64,000 bases of DNA from Candidatus Thorarchaeota archaeon (GTDB taxonomy: Archaea > Asgardarchaeota > Thorarchaeia > Thorarchaeales > Thorarchaeaceae). Made by a program: the position numbers and the translations under genes. Positions within the stretch are counted from its first letter, which is position 1, and every line of letters starts with the position of its first letter. Below the pieces are notes generated by a model. It saw only the letters and a program-made list of their open reading frames with translations. It was not told where the DNA came from and made no database searches. Positions 42,501-48,195 of this stretch are shown one piece after another. The DNA is taken from contig JBHLQH010000005.1 in NCBI GenBank assembly GCA_048884965.1, forward strand, positions 32,001 to 96,000. Direction: 5' to 3'.

Positions 42501-42750
42501 TGCTGATATCATCGAGAAACGAGATACCATCACTGAGGAGAAGCGTGACATCGCAAGGGACATTCGCACCGAAGAGCCGACAAAGATCACTGACAAGCTT
42601 AGTGACTATGAGATAGAAGAGCTTCGTAAGGACCTTCAGTCAAAGGGCGTACAACCCCATGAGATTGACACGATCATTGATCAGGCACGCGAGCTTCCAC
42701 GAGATCTAGTGGATGAGCTGTTACGAAGCCTTGGTGTTGACAGGGATTAG
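27556..42750 (+). CDS. Giant (5064 aa) single-pass cell-surface protein: 2x DUF2341-LamG/ConA modules, many Ig-like repeats, a C-terminal TM helix and a cytoplasmic domain
   Basis: N-terminal basic plus hydrophobic signal. DFPVLI...ADGDDIVF...AWVK (DUF2341) occurs twice, each followed by LamG (YFDGILDEAR / YFLGNIDEMRIS). Thr/Ser/Tyr-rich beta repeats; many N-x-S/T sequons; TM at ~41935-42000. Confidence 0.9.
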   Translation: MIVRAISIKKRKNVRVRILQLSTIAVLFLLLVPLQTPFTDPEFVDPRGIEGTSRNDYALADTTSYSGSGDSLSIRYSGIVTNVYDDTFVIDSSTSDIASVTIDDGWTGSGLRTTIDTLSLDVNAVRNSDMNSYHNEKWIEEGAYQSEDVTVPDSWTLTKATTNGETGHPLHGIFEMNDVGSSGYSGTMGWRFDAEWSISATVNADDQIYLSQLVHVPYREVYSAEITFNYHVLSSSSLADQVFLFTRFNGYETEFHVFESGDTTDTWLTGSITIPSAQLDVISMPNSILLEVGLQSNVAGSQSTARNSYVYVDNVELNLNVRPFPEQIDLKVNGTLVDGAVEGSIYPYLEDDSNRDAQDDDYGNGIDLDGYPWGSGSSGVLFVGAWGTSWTDIVSYQAGFQFPLDIPQGAVITSAYLEVEPDGEIGLANLRIYAAGQNSSGLPIENFTTGLPIMEDRFNWVDTSVDWTVTDIIGPVRIRQRSPDIAPLLQSIVSDSNWMSGNYTCLMLDYMWGSNYQAEWGIKGSSGTSGFTQDELARLFVEYMIPQSEDTVYLMQYEKDITIQASQVVADLTDFPVLIDIFDSDLKTDVQADGDDIVFRLGDDALDFEIEAFEQDFNLTHAHLTAWVKIPNLSSTVDTVITMAYGNPSASSSSSTAVWDDYATVNHLKDDPSGTIYDSTSNNYDGTAYGTMGSEDSVPGLVGRGIDFDGSGTADMISIGQIYTDDWSEVTISIWVRSDLTKDARVFSKSPSTATTEHIVTMRVDTSNRMTARIRTDAGGTSVNSVGSFTLGSWNLLTWTWSASSGFILGYINGTQEINTARSGTTLYDSIDVFVLGNTDMTNDRYFDGILDEARLANRVLPQAWIATEFNNQIDPSSFVSVGSERTLQSTWVDDSEGRVVVSTNSAFPITTDVILTMDIEGVGQSLDVSYNPGATFYARNGTNIVDWVAYAMISPPNTTTDLNAYIDYPFTQWNPVAVANPLGHNKTYGTDWDFQDGSIIVYSSAVDYWGLWKFYFESWNYVENMQIGINGQTLGTTATFDVNDVAAFRATTPWITNARVGLSLTDPTGSEWHTDYATTGTPGTTWHVPGFQYRMQLTVAASGVDADVTNYPMLVSFSDTDFTNTAKVQADGDDFVFVQNGEILSHEIERFDQTSGTLIAWVKCNLSSTVDNTLLLYYGNPVVGSTESPWDLWGGNYDAVYHMNELVTNEGSGEAIHDSTANNYTGTHNGNSRNIGIGASYGQYFDGNDYISLSESQAFNPSGDVTISGWFYLSTAFDSSSATSRLLISKYASGDDNFHIILAGTDYTETGFSSYGALVFGFETAGSEYVKWTTRASWSSGVWHHFVCVLDSDTPSNIKIYADGIDVTSTSYSGSASYVAIPSAGDWGFGGGTMDTSEIAAGSAYFLGNIDEMRISSDQKSLGWTQVSYDNIFSSSSFITKGTEVTKTSPQLTITKTIDSTAPAGLWTATMYYNDTGSSITNATGLYEREFIVQHDTTLTLNYPTDAVSDKIAYSTAGEPIYIEYELTDDITAGGVPGATVKMNWTVSGTPTEITMDDLGDGRYGKTLDTDDLITNQQWRINIWSYHPYYNNATDYFDIDLYHATNMSYVDVVSTPVGYDFKATLVFYDSYSETPILGATITFDNGTAVSFSDEGSGRYAITISTTTLDFGDYWYRFKATKAGSFLEDAYCNVTFTLRKHYTSISVSGDLLTPAGYSTDVTVTIIDMDTGGTVGIGNVATWTFDPASYSDTTETPPGDFIVTLNTVGWAVGTDTVTLSATLSGNYYSPTDYSFDIEIRKHYTSVSVQGDFLTPHGYSTYVTVVLTDLDTGTTFSLTSNIASWTFNPASYGDTTETPPGDFDVTIDTSGWSVGTDTVTLSVTMSGIYEDPANYLFDIEIRRHYTSVSVSGDFIIPYGQMTSLVVTIIDLDTGTALGSTASVSSWTFNPATYSDTTETPPSDFAVTLNTSGWSVGTDTVTLSVTMTGIYYSPSNHQFDIEIRKHRTAVSVVGEFVTPYGASTSLTVVIRDLDNGSVLTSTSMIASWTFNPASYGDTTETPPGDFAIILNTASWSVATETVTLSVTMTGIYENPNNVQFDITIRKHYTSVTVIGDLATPYGFSTVLTVVITDSDLGTILATTTNVASWTFNPSSYGDTTETPPSDFSVTLNTISWAVATETVTLTVTMTGIYENPASYQFGIQIRKHYTAVSVTGDMVSPYGNTTDLSVIITDLDTNTVLGSTANVASWTLNPASYGDTTETPPGDFAVTLDTSGWSVGSETVTLSVTMSGTYNNPSNYQFSITITSLEIDAYNEPNDLIFPTGSDFRIIIRVNVSEHGVYYGDPLTGLVQGEFSVTGYTIKEWYHLGNGRYNFTIDEASFPEGTYTITLKITTSSSIYGDATLQITFRYRPALSEASSPDRAIVTPYETDFVVSITYTDIDRDIGITGASISAEGITFYNELDLGAGQYQVTINVTGLTKGEHLYNLTIDKAGYDAAKLSFKVVIRIAYTYAIPTVGALDIPVGDDVVFYVEYWDIDHDLPIDDTSPFIATSTWTHTVTFTYIPAQQRYRVDFPTFEDDALVQNFVITFNFSKGENYQFGIFNISITVRTHYTDFRLVSAVEPTSFNDNITISVFYGDLDSGTGIASRDIAHRIWNGTHEVTSYLYNDTLLGGGYYTIIVPAPQFGGLGLQSFTIYFNWTGPIYTYANKTLITSVNIIGEDSRLSLLVTAEPTPYLENMTYTLFFAAVNGTGIFNNTGNVFVSVVFVGVTVDTSQVDIWEINPVTNRGQYSIRFNSSIFAITGLIYMKVYFNWSADVEPYYTNRTDTVSVRVLPRDSLISVDPPSQTAYAENATFSFTFDDVTGTLSEPIANASSLTIGLTLVDYVLIYDSPTRTFSVLFNTSQFGSLGLQTFTLSITWIGAPFYANQTGKTISITVTLRQTTLDFQSPAPTQYMDNVTFSVFWTDVAGASSFGIAGATLLLYDGASEIASQYYSVQFIGSGEYEVELSTEYKAAPGYYSLTVNISTSDFYYAERISSRIFNIRYRSTLVSAEPVDLTPFNDPVQVILYYQDLITLVDIDNDTFDVSIELLTAGSWIFTSQWQSASGYYVINVQTSDQVGLQIGVQYPLHFNLSFAYQSPYYRHDDITVYFELRYRESTLERFVAPTQTPYSDYANFTVYYSDVDADVGILSAQLAVHDGSSFMTLGTEYLFSALGSGLYRVSVLTSALGAPGPHGITVYANWTSGTPYHDNATLAITINIIRRVTNVEIVTPPSQTNYLENVTFIVSFIDVSTDSALAVTKNRLQIWNGGTLMSSSDFSISQFGGTYEISINSTLLSSTLVTNQNLTVHVDWPEAPNYYRDDSTSTRYTLIVRSTYVSINRPANTAYGENATFSFTFVDSTIIPEENIQLSGSLIITTNLVETPSLSYDSPTRTFTMVFNTSQFGSTGAQSFTLSVQWFGTPYYANKTSNTVYVTVIYRQTQVEFDTPDPTPYGDSVNFTIRYLDIAGASSFGIGDSVLTLYYGGGVIPGSYYNVTHDGEGTYEIEFDSGYFSNPGKYAINASLVYSGSYFANDAYAIRSLSVRLRTTVLSADPVGSVGYGTPMDLTLYFQDQLTLLDIANSSTTFIEILNNTGTPWEFTITWNAALSQYDMVIETNGQPLSVGLTYRLHLNMSYAYQDPFYRWDDVYATFTIRTRTTTLDVFEGAQPTSYNEYITFTLYYWDVDIVAGITSSTTFTVTNETHSLTLTTDFLFSHIANGYYLISVNASRLSTLGSHELKITAVWTGGAPYRNNAVRNITVSVIERTTEVEIISPPSSTPYLDNVTFTFRYTDTINGQPISITSSDLDIYSNGSLLAPNEFTLIQIGSIFEVSINSTILSTKLVDSFNITILVDWSLAQAPYYEDAITSLRVSTRGRIMFVEVGTIETTPYGDDMLITIFVNDDSTGKPIENAIILFNGQTVDVTGLWTLSVGSGASAGYYNISVPTTAFVFAPSELGDYKFDLTVQWDQSQIPYYRNRTSIVLTGSVDAIWAVVQSEVPQPSSVQITDDVYVIVEFTDLDHGVGIEGAGTTIYVRYLTSGIIPQGLNIAELGNGLYNISFSTIDINSFGSVVMNITATKDFYTSSNVKPSFTVIEISTTLEPVETQITLYWSQLANISVDYNNLLHLNLTTGATVWWNYSGYSGFFTEIGSTGSYEASIDTAISGTGTKTVRITADADKYVRSLVTVTLVVLDLPSDMTLVEPEAVFAQNRGNEIYVKILLNDTLNGVLINNAYVNDIYIVFNNTRYDMNYNITGQFYYYTLPSTATSVLLPGFVYTARISADIDYYDPVSTVFKIDLLATLTFLEYYGVTRDKMDVTYSDFITFELNFTDVEGNPIDSGEVFWAPSSEVPPYTFSNLTYGLNGIWSLTLNSSSFGKWGTFGITFSGVPTDANFDSAFVSLTITVKKISTEVISPPISPISVYWGWKGNISFTFNDTWFAKGIDGANITLTFDIDVPIHDLGNGTYLFYIDTSLLDVSTYRLLLTFLKENYDTRNAGVQIKVENVPTELLLTTPQLNWMEDDPTHLEVPFGEIVQISLFYNDTDISDGYVGGLSGAINITSITGGIIGVPPSFALTDWGNGTYTFTFDTTQDYLFPDNIPGSLPNAPYYLNIRLELLYRLTQEIRISIVIIERPTALAIVSSNVVDGSTSIYYGDTIFIDFEFSEDWEPLRGTGIDDANYSISKTGYEIEYSWEVLGQGRYRLAITVRAPFPVGITVEDARLEITFTKEDYVLKTSVVSIRIIPTDTQQTMSNVISFGTPLLFVILLVGLLWVRIFSIPKRLRQINGQIKALRKGKIPKPIDEVKSRQQLIADLFNDTHKKYEITRTADMMPEESVPVNIPEMGELLIQLSILTNLSPDELDEFKADISKMKMSEQAAFVKEVIDQEAIRAARREGVSMEEILQRIERDAKQRLSGAAADEDVFVKSDVDEPIFLSPDEDRDADIIEKRDTITEEKRDIARDIRTEEPTKITDKLSDYEIEELRKDLQSKGVQPHEIDTIIDQARELPRDLVDELLRSLGVDRD
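32650..34464 (+). repeat. Six tandem ~303-nt (101-aa) Ig-like domain repeats within the giant gene
   Basis: R[K/R]H[Y/R]T starts at 32650, 32950, 33253, 33556, 33859 and 34162; conserved SWTFNPASYGDTTETPP.DF core. Confidence 0.92.
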
Positions 42751-42757
42751 GACATTG

Positions 42758-42784
42758 AGGGTGGGTGATACCCGCCCTTCTTTC
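42758..42784 (+). terminator. Hairpin plus pyrimidine tract between convergent genes
   Basis: AGGGTGGGT-gat-ACCCGCCCT followed by TCTTTC. Confidence 0.5.
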
Positions 42785-42803
42785 CCGCTGTATCATTAGA
42801 GAC

Positions 42804-43568
42804 CTAACGGTCCTCAGGATTCAAGAAGTGAGATAATGGTAGAGTGGTCCCAAAAGCGACTGGCTTTGATCGTGACGTCCGCCTGATTGGCAGGTTCGGG
42901 TGCTTTGCAAGGGTATATCTGACATACGACTTCATCTCTTCGACATGGACATGGATCTGGCTACAGCTTGCAAGCGCCTTTCCTCCTGCTGGTGAATACT
43001 GCGACTTCTCTGATATCGGGGCTGAGATGATCGTGAATAGTCCTTTCTGTAATGTGAAGGTCATGAGTCGAGTTGCCATATGTGTTATCTGCTGTGCCGC
43101 CTCTCCTGTCATCCCCTCTCCTATGTATAGGTCGGGAAGACCCGTCACCAGTAGAAACCGTGCCGGAACTCTTTCGAAGAAACTCTCCAGCTGGTTCATG
43201 ACCACATCATATGTCTGGGATGAGTTGAATGCCCGAGTGATGTAGATGTTGTCCATGACCTCTTCCGGTTCAAGCTCCAGTTCGAAGGAGTAGTCTGTCA
43301 GTTTCTCAATCTTCAACATGTTCGCACTGTCGATGATGATGGTTGGACTTGCAAGTCCTCCTCGCTTCTCTGGAACCTGTGCATGAACTGCGATCTTCAG
43401 GAGGTCGTTGTGTAAACTACGCTCTCCGTAGAACAGGTGTGTGATCCCACTCTCAAGCCCACCCCCCAATAGCTCATCTATAGCAGTTATGCCGGTGCTC
43501 ATCCTCATTCTAACTACCTGATCCGCTGTAAAGAAGCCTGGTACAAGGTTGGGCTTGGTCTTCTTCAT
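42804..43568 (-). CDS. RadA/Rad51-family paralog with a degenerate Walker A motif
   Basis: STGITAIDELLGGGLESGITHLFYG, IIIDSAN, MDNIYITRAFN and PAGGKALA; no GKT. Confidence 0.82.
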   Translation of the reverse strand: MKKTKPNLVPGFFTADQVVRMRMSTGITAIDELLGGGLESGITHLFYGERSLHNDLLKIAVHAQVPEKRGGLASPTIIIDSANMLKIEKLTDYSFELELEPEEVMDNIYITRAFNSSQTYDVVMNQLESFFERVPARFLLVTGLPDLYIGEGMTGEAAQQITHMATRLMTFTLQKGLFTIISAPISEKSQYSPAGGKALASCSQIHVHVEEMKSYVRYTLAKHPNLPIRRTSRSKPVAFGTTLPLSHFLNPEDR

Positions 43569-43679
43569 GTCACATAATAGTACCATGGGGTCTCTAATAA
43601 CCGCCCCCAAAACTTCCCCGGGCAGGGAGCTTTTAAGTCGACATATGCATGTATGAGAGTGACATTGCCGGGAGGAAGC

Positions 43680-43895
43680 ATGTTGAAACAACAACAAATG
43701 ATACGCGTCTGTCCGAAATGCGGTAGTCCGCGGATTCGTGAGGCTGCAAGTTCTGTTGGCGGCTGGCTGGTCCCTACAACTTATTATTGTGAAGAGAAAT
43801 CTTGTGGCTACTCAGGATCTATCTATGTCGAAGTTAAGGCTGAGGAGCTAGACGAGATGCGTAGATTAATGAACGGAACCGAGGAGTCTGAGTAG
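43680..43895 (+). CDS. Small zinc-ribbon protein
   Basis: CPKCGS...YYCEEKSCGYSG; GGAGGA SD. Confidence 0.75.
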   Translation: MLKQQQMIRVCPKCGSPRIREAASSVGGWLVPTTYYCEEKSCGYSGSIYVEVKAEELDEMRRLMNGTEESE

Positions 43896-43977
43896 GCCTT
43901 CATTCTCTTTCAATTCTGACGCTCCGAAACGGTCTTATAGTACGAATAGTCTGTAAAAGCCATTAGGTGAATAAACC

Positions 43978-44418
43978 ATGGTAAAAGTTGACGAGTTCGA
44001 CTTCCCAGATGATCTCCGCTACTATTCAAGCGAAACCGATTCACTATGGTTGAAGGATGAGGGTGGAAAGATCAGGCTAGGAATAACACAGCTTGGTGCA
44101 TTTGCAGCAGGCAAAATCAAGTTCATTCGACTCCGACCTGCAGGCAAGGACGTAAAATCCGGGAGGAGTATTGGAACACTAGAGTCCGGTAAGTGGACTG
44201 GTGCAGTCAAGGCTCCAGTTGGTGGTGTTATTACTGAGGTCAATGATGCCCTCAAGGATAATCCCGCACTCCTGAATGACGACCCCTATGGTGCTGGATG
44301 GATCGCATTGATCGACCCAGAGGACATGGGCGAGTTCAACGCACTTGTTGGTGGTGGCGCTCTTGAGGCTTGGGCCAAGGAAGAAGTCGCATCCAAGAAG
44401 GCAATGAAGGGCGAATAG
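43978..44418 (+). CDS. gcvH: Glycine cleavage H-protein-like lipoyl carrier
   Basis: GITQLG, LESGKW (lipoyl-Lys) and LNDDPYGAGWI. Confidence 0.88.
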   Translation: MVKVDEFDFPDDLRYYSSETDSLWLKDEGGKIRLGITQLGAFAAGKIKFIRLRPAGKDVKSGRSIGTLESGKWTGAVKAPVGGVITEVNDALKDNPALLNDDPYGAGWIALIDPEDMGEFNALVGGGALEAWAKEEVASKKAMKGE

Positions 44419-44435
44419 AATAATATGCTAGTTCA

Positions 44436-44474
44436 AGTGTGGCCGGGTTCCCGGCCTACACACTTTCATTTTTG
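44436..44474 (+). terminator. GC hairpin plus T-tract downstream of gcvH
   Basis: GGCCGGG-tt-CCCGGCC followed by TACACACTTTCATTTTT. Confidence 0.55.
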
Positions 44475-44538
44475 GATTGATGGTGCTTCTGTCAACTTAC
44501 TTTCGATGCTCTACATGAGTGCGGCATCTTGTAGACTT

Positions 44539-45684
44539 CTACTTTCTCCTAGCAAGTTCTCGTCTCAAACTCATTGCTGCATCATACAGAATCTCTGGCG
44601 GAACAAGAACATAGAGCAAGTTCTGTGAATAGCCTGACTCAAAGACAACACTCTGGAATATCAGGGTTTGAAGACTCTTCTCGATATCTGCAACAACATA
44701 ACGTACGCCGAGTTCCTCACACTTGACCTGAACGATCTCGTTGAGGGTCTGTCTATCGACATAGGTTTCTGTCTTATATCGCATCAGATGCTCTGCGAGC
44801 GCCTCAAGTACAAGCAAGGTCATGAAATCATTCATGCTGATGGTATCTATCGTATCCATGTAGTCCTGATCGTAGGCGAATTGCGCGATCTCAGAAGTAG
44901 CAGCACGTACTGTGTCTGAGTCAATCTCCTTTCCTGTTGAAGCCATGGGCCAGAGTGCCTTTAGGGCTTCAATGGATGTCTTTGGCTTGGATGCATCGAA
45001 CTCGCAAACGATGTCTGTGATGTAGCGGACAATCTCGTCAGTCAATCCATGAGTGAATGTATCCTCAACGCGCATACGCACAATATCATAGAGTTGTCCC
45101 TGCGTGAACGTATCAAGAGGCACCTCGAAGTCGTACGCCATCGAGCTCGCAGCCCCTTTTGTCAGGAGACGATAGTCATGACTATTCAGGACACCTATCG
45201 TACTTGCATTGATCTCCTTTGATAGTCTTGCAACCTTTGCGTATATCTCCTCATTCGTTTCATCAATGTTATCAATTACAAAGACTCCTCTCTTTGGTGA
45301 AACCGAGGCGGTGCGTTTGAATTGCATCCATAGAACATCTTGATCGAATGTGAAAGTTATGGGTGTATTCGTTTGTTGGTGGACCTTATCGTTAAGCTCT
45401 GAGATGATCTCAAGAGTATCCTTGTTCTTCGCATCCACGTAAATGGTGTACGCATCGAACTTCTCTGGGACTAGTTTTGTGAGGAAGTAACGCGAGAAGA
45501 CTGTCATGCCTACCCCTGTGATCCCGTGGACTAGGCAGTTTACTCCATACTCATCAGTATAGGAATCTGCGTAGATGCCTCCAATAGTATCGAGTTCTCT
45601 GTCCCTGTGCAACAGCTTCTTCGGGACGTAGTAAGGATCGAAGAGCCCTTTCGGGCTAGTGTCCACCCTCTTCATTGTTATCAT
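44539..45684 (-). CDS. Cdc6/Orc1-family AAA+ protein with a degenerate Walker A motif
   Basis: FDPYYVPKKLLHRDREL N-terminal signature; HGITGVGMT; FVIDNID; F...QLYDIVRMRV; C-terminal wHTH. Confidence 0.85.
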   Translation of the reverse strand: MITMKRVDTSPKGLFDPYYVPKKLLHRDRELDTIGGIYADSYTDEYGVNCLVHGITGVGMTVFSRYFLTKLVPEKFDAYTIYVDAKNKDTLEIISELNDKVHQQTNTPITFTFDQDVLWMQFKRTASVSPKRGVFVIDNIDETNEEIYAKVARLSKEINASTIGVLNSHDYRLLTKGAASSMAYDFEVPLDTFTQGQLYDIVRMRVEDTFTHGLTDEIVRYITDIVCEFDASKPKTSIEALKALWPMASTGKEIDSDTVRAATSEIAQFAYDQDYMDTIDTISMNDFMTLLVLEALAEHLMRYKTETYVDRQTLNEIVQVKCEELGVRYVVADIEKSLQTLIFQSVVFESGYSQNLLYVLVPPEILYDAAMSLRRELARRK

Positions 45685-45749
45685 ACGTTTGTCTCTAAGG
45701 CCATATATAAAGACCTCAGAGACATAACCGAAACTATTCTCTCGATCTT

Positions 45750-47087
45750 CTACACCATCGAGGCTAGAGTATCATTGCAATTCGGGTCGAGAACAAAGGA
45801 ATTGAAGCCTGCACCAAGTATCCTCCTGAGTTCCATCAGTCTTGCATTCTTTGCTTCATCTGAGAAAGGCCACTTATGCTCAGGTTTTGGTGTGATCTTC
45901 AGTTTCTTACATAGGCTGACGATATCTAGGAGGCATTGATAGATCTCTCTCCCTGGCTTGTTCTCTGGTCTGATTTCTCGAGAGTGGAGGATAATCCCGT
46001 ATGTAGCAGTGTTGTCCCCTAAGTACCATTTGCTGGGTCCATGTCCATATTTGGCGAACGGCTCAAAATCATGGCTACGGAGGAGCGCGTTGACCTCATC
46101 TATCCCATCCTGCATCTTCAATAGACTATCAGCGTAGAACCCATATCCCTCGAAGAGGGCAACCTGATTTCCCACCTTTGGTTGACGCTTTGGAAGCTTT
46201 ATTCGTACATCCTTCATATGTGCGACTTCTTCCTTTGGCAGTATCTTCAAATCAGCGAATTCCTTGATTTGCATCATGGCTTCTTCAGTGCCTTCTAATA
46301 CATGTACAGGTGGAGTGAGGTCTCCACGCACATCTTCGTGAGCAGCTGCTATGACTTCTCCGTACTCGATAGGGATTTCCTGTTTGATCATCTTATCTAG
46401 AGCTTCGCCAGCTTCATTGTTTGTTGGATAGTTCACTATTCCACCAATGACAGGTTTCGACTGGATAGGTTTGATCGTAAGACGCATCTCTGAGATATAT
46501 CCTAGGGTCCCATGAGCACTTGCGACATCATGAATTGTCATCTTGTGACGGTTGAGTTCTGCTTCTAGGTCTGGATCGCTACTCTTCACACCATCCCATG
46601 AAACTGTTAGTTTTCTGCCATCATAGAGAACCATTCTAACTCTCTGAGTATTGTCTCTCATGGTGCCATTGACCCACGTGTCATTTCCTCCGCCATCCGT
46701 GCTGAGAATTCCTCCAACTGTGGCGATGTCCCTACTACTTGGAGCAACGAATAGCTTCATCTTCATGGGGGCGAGAACCTCATTGATCTCATCCGGAGTA
46801 GCCCCGGGCTGTACGTCGATATACCCTTGATCCTTTGATATTGCCAAGACCTCTCGCATCTGAAGGCTGCTTATCATTACTCGATCTTCATCTCCGCCTG
46901 TGCAGGCTCCGCTGAGTCCTGACCCTCCACCTTTCGGTGTTACACCAAATCCTTGCTCCTTGGCTTTTACAACGATATCGATGAGATCCTGCTCAGTCCT
47001 TGGGTAGAAGACTCCTTTGATTTTCTTGAAGTTCAATCTGTAGTACATAGAAGCATTTGCGCCAATTGCGTAATCCCGAAGCTTCAC
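45750..47087 (-). CDS. FAD-binding oxidoreductase (GlcD / D-lactate dehydrogenase-like)
   Basis: PKGGGSGLSG, PSSRDIATVGGILSTDGGG and HGTLGYISE. The GTG start lies just after the upstream stop, with a GGAGGTG SD. Confidence 0.85.
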   Translation of the reverse strand: MKLRDYAIGANASMYYRLNFKKIKGVFYPRTEQDLIDIVVKAKEQGFGVTPKGGGSGLSGACTGGDEDRVMISSLQMREVLAISKDQGYIDVQPGATPDEINEVLAPMKMKLFVAPSSRDIATVGGILSTDGGGNDTWVNGTMRDNTQRVRMVLYDGRKLTVSWDGVKSSDPDLEAELNRHKMTIHDVASAHGTLGYISEMRLTIKPIQSKPVIGGIVNYPTNNEAGEALDKMIKQEIPIEYGEVIAAAHEDVRGDLTPPVHVLEGTEEAMMQIKEFADLKILPKEEVAHMKDVRIKLPKRQPKVGNQVALFEGYGFYADSLLKMQDGIDEVNALLRSHDFEPFAKYGHGPSKWYLGDNTATYGIILHSREIRPENKPGREIYQCLLDIVSLCKKLKITPKPEHKWPFSDEAKNARLMELRRILGAGFNSFVLDPNCNDTLASMV

Positions 47088-47088
47088 T

Positions 47089-48195
47089 CTAGTCACCTCC
47101 CCTCTCAAGAGCCTCTGCAACAAGTTCGACAATATCTCGTGTTTTGAGGTTGTTACTCAGAAGCTGTTCGCGACATGATGGACAACATGTCAGTACTGTC
47201 GTTTCCTTGAGTCCTTCGCTTGCAGCTCGCATGTTGATGATAATATCACTAAGATTAGCGTCGGTCATTCGCAAGAGACCTCCGCCTCCACAGCAACTGG
47301 GCTTAATATCGCGATATTTTACTTTCATCTTGTTCATGAGTGACCTCGGCTCTTTCTTTATCTCAAGGATTCTATGTAGCTCACATGGATCGTGATATGC
47401 AAAGGTTTGATCCGTTTTGTACTCTGGAAGTTGCTTATGAAGTACATCGAAGTATTGTGTGTGATGAAGCGCTTCGATACCTTCTAACTCATGATGCTCT
47501 TTCAGTTGGATCAAGCATCCAGGGCAGCATGTAATAACCTTCTTTGCATCCGCATCAACAATGACCGCTTTGTTGTGCTTCCTGAGTTCGGACGCGCCTT
47601 CATCATTTCCCATTAGATATAGTGGATGACCGCAGCAGAACTCCTCAGCTCCCATAACCATGTAGTCAGATTCAGATTTCTCCAAGGCTCTGAATAATGC
47701 TCGCAGCACATCAAGCTGTGAACTCCTGAATGACATGAGGCACCCGAGGAATACCATAACTTCAGCCTTCTTACCAGGTTCATAGACTCTATCAGCAAGA
47801 CCTGGGATCTCATCCTCAAGCTCGTCAAGCCAGAACATGGCTCTGTCCTCAGGATCTAGACCATAGATGTTTTGGACGTTCTCCAACGCATCTTGTAGAG
47901 GACTCAGATAGGCAAACTCTTCTGGATGCTCATGAACTGCTTTGCCTCTCTGCTCATGCCAAATCTTCAATAGATCAACATCCGAGGAGCAAGTCTCTTT
48001 GCATCTACCGCACATCGTGCAGGTGAATAGAAGCTTCCTAAACTCCTTTGCGGCTTCTGGATCTTGTTCTACTTGATCCATTATCTGAAGCAGATAGTTC
48101 TTCCCTCTCGGGGAGTATTGTTCCTCGCCCATGGCATCAAAGATAGGGCATATTTTCAAACATGAACCACATCGAACGCAGCGGTCGTATGACAT
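47089..48195 (-). CDS. Fe-S oxidoreductase with 2x[4Fe-4S] and two CCG domains (GlcF/HdrD-like)
   Basis: CVRCGSCLKICP, CTMCGRCKETC, CCGHP, CCPGC, YHDPC, CCGGGG and CCPSC. Confidence 0.9.
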   Translation of the reverse strand: MSYDRCVRCGSCLKICPIFDAMGEEQYSPRGKNYLLQIMDQVEQDPEAAKEFRKLLFTCTMCGRCKETCSSDVDLLKIWHEQRGKAVHEHPEEFAYLSPLQDALENVQNIYGLDPEDRAMFWLDELEDEIPGLADRVYEPGKKAEVMVFLGCLMSFRSSQLDVLRALFRALEKSESDYMVMGAEEFCCGHPLYLMGNDEGASELRKHNKAVIVDADAKKVITCCPGCLIQLKEHHELEGIEALHHTQYFDVLHKQLPEYKTDQTFAYHDPCELHRILEIKKEPRSLMNKMKVKYRDIKPSCCGGGGLLRMTDANLSDIIINMRAASEGLKETTVLTCCPSCREQLLSNNLKTRDIVELVAEALERGGD

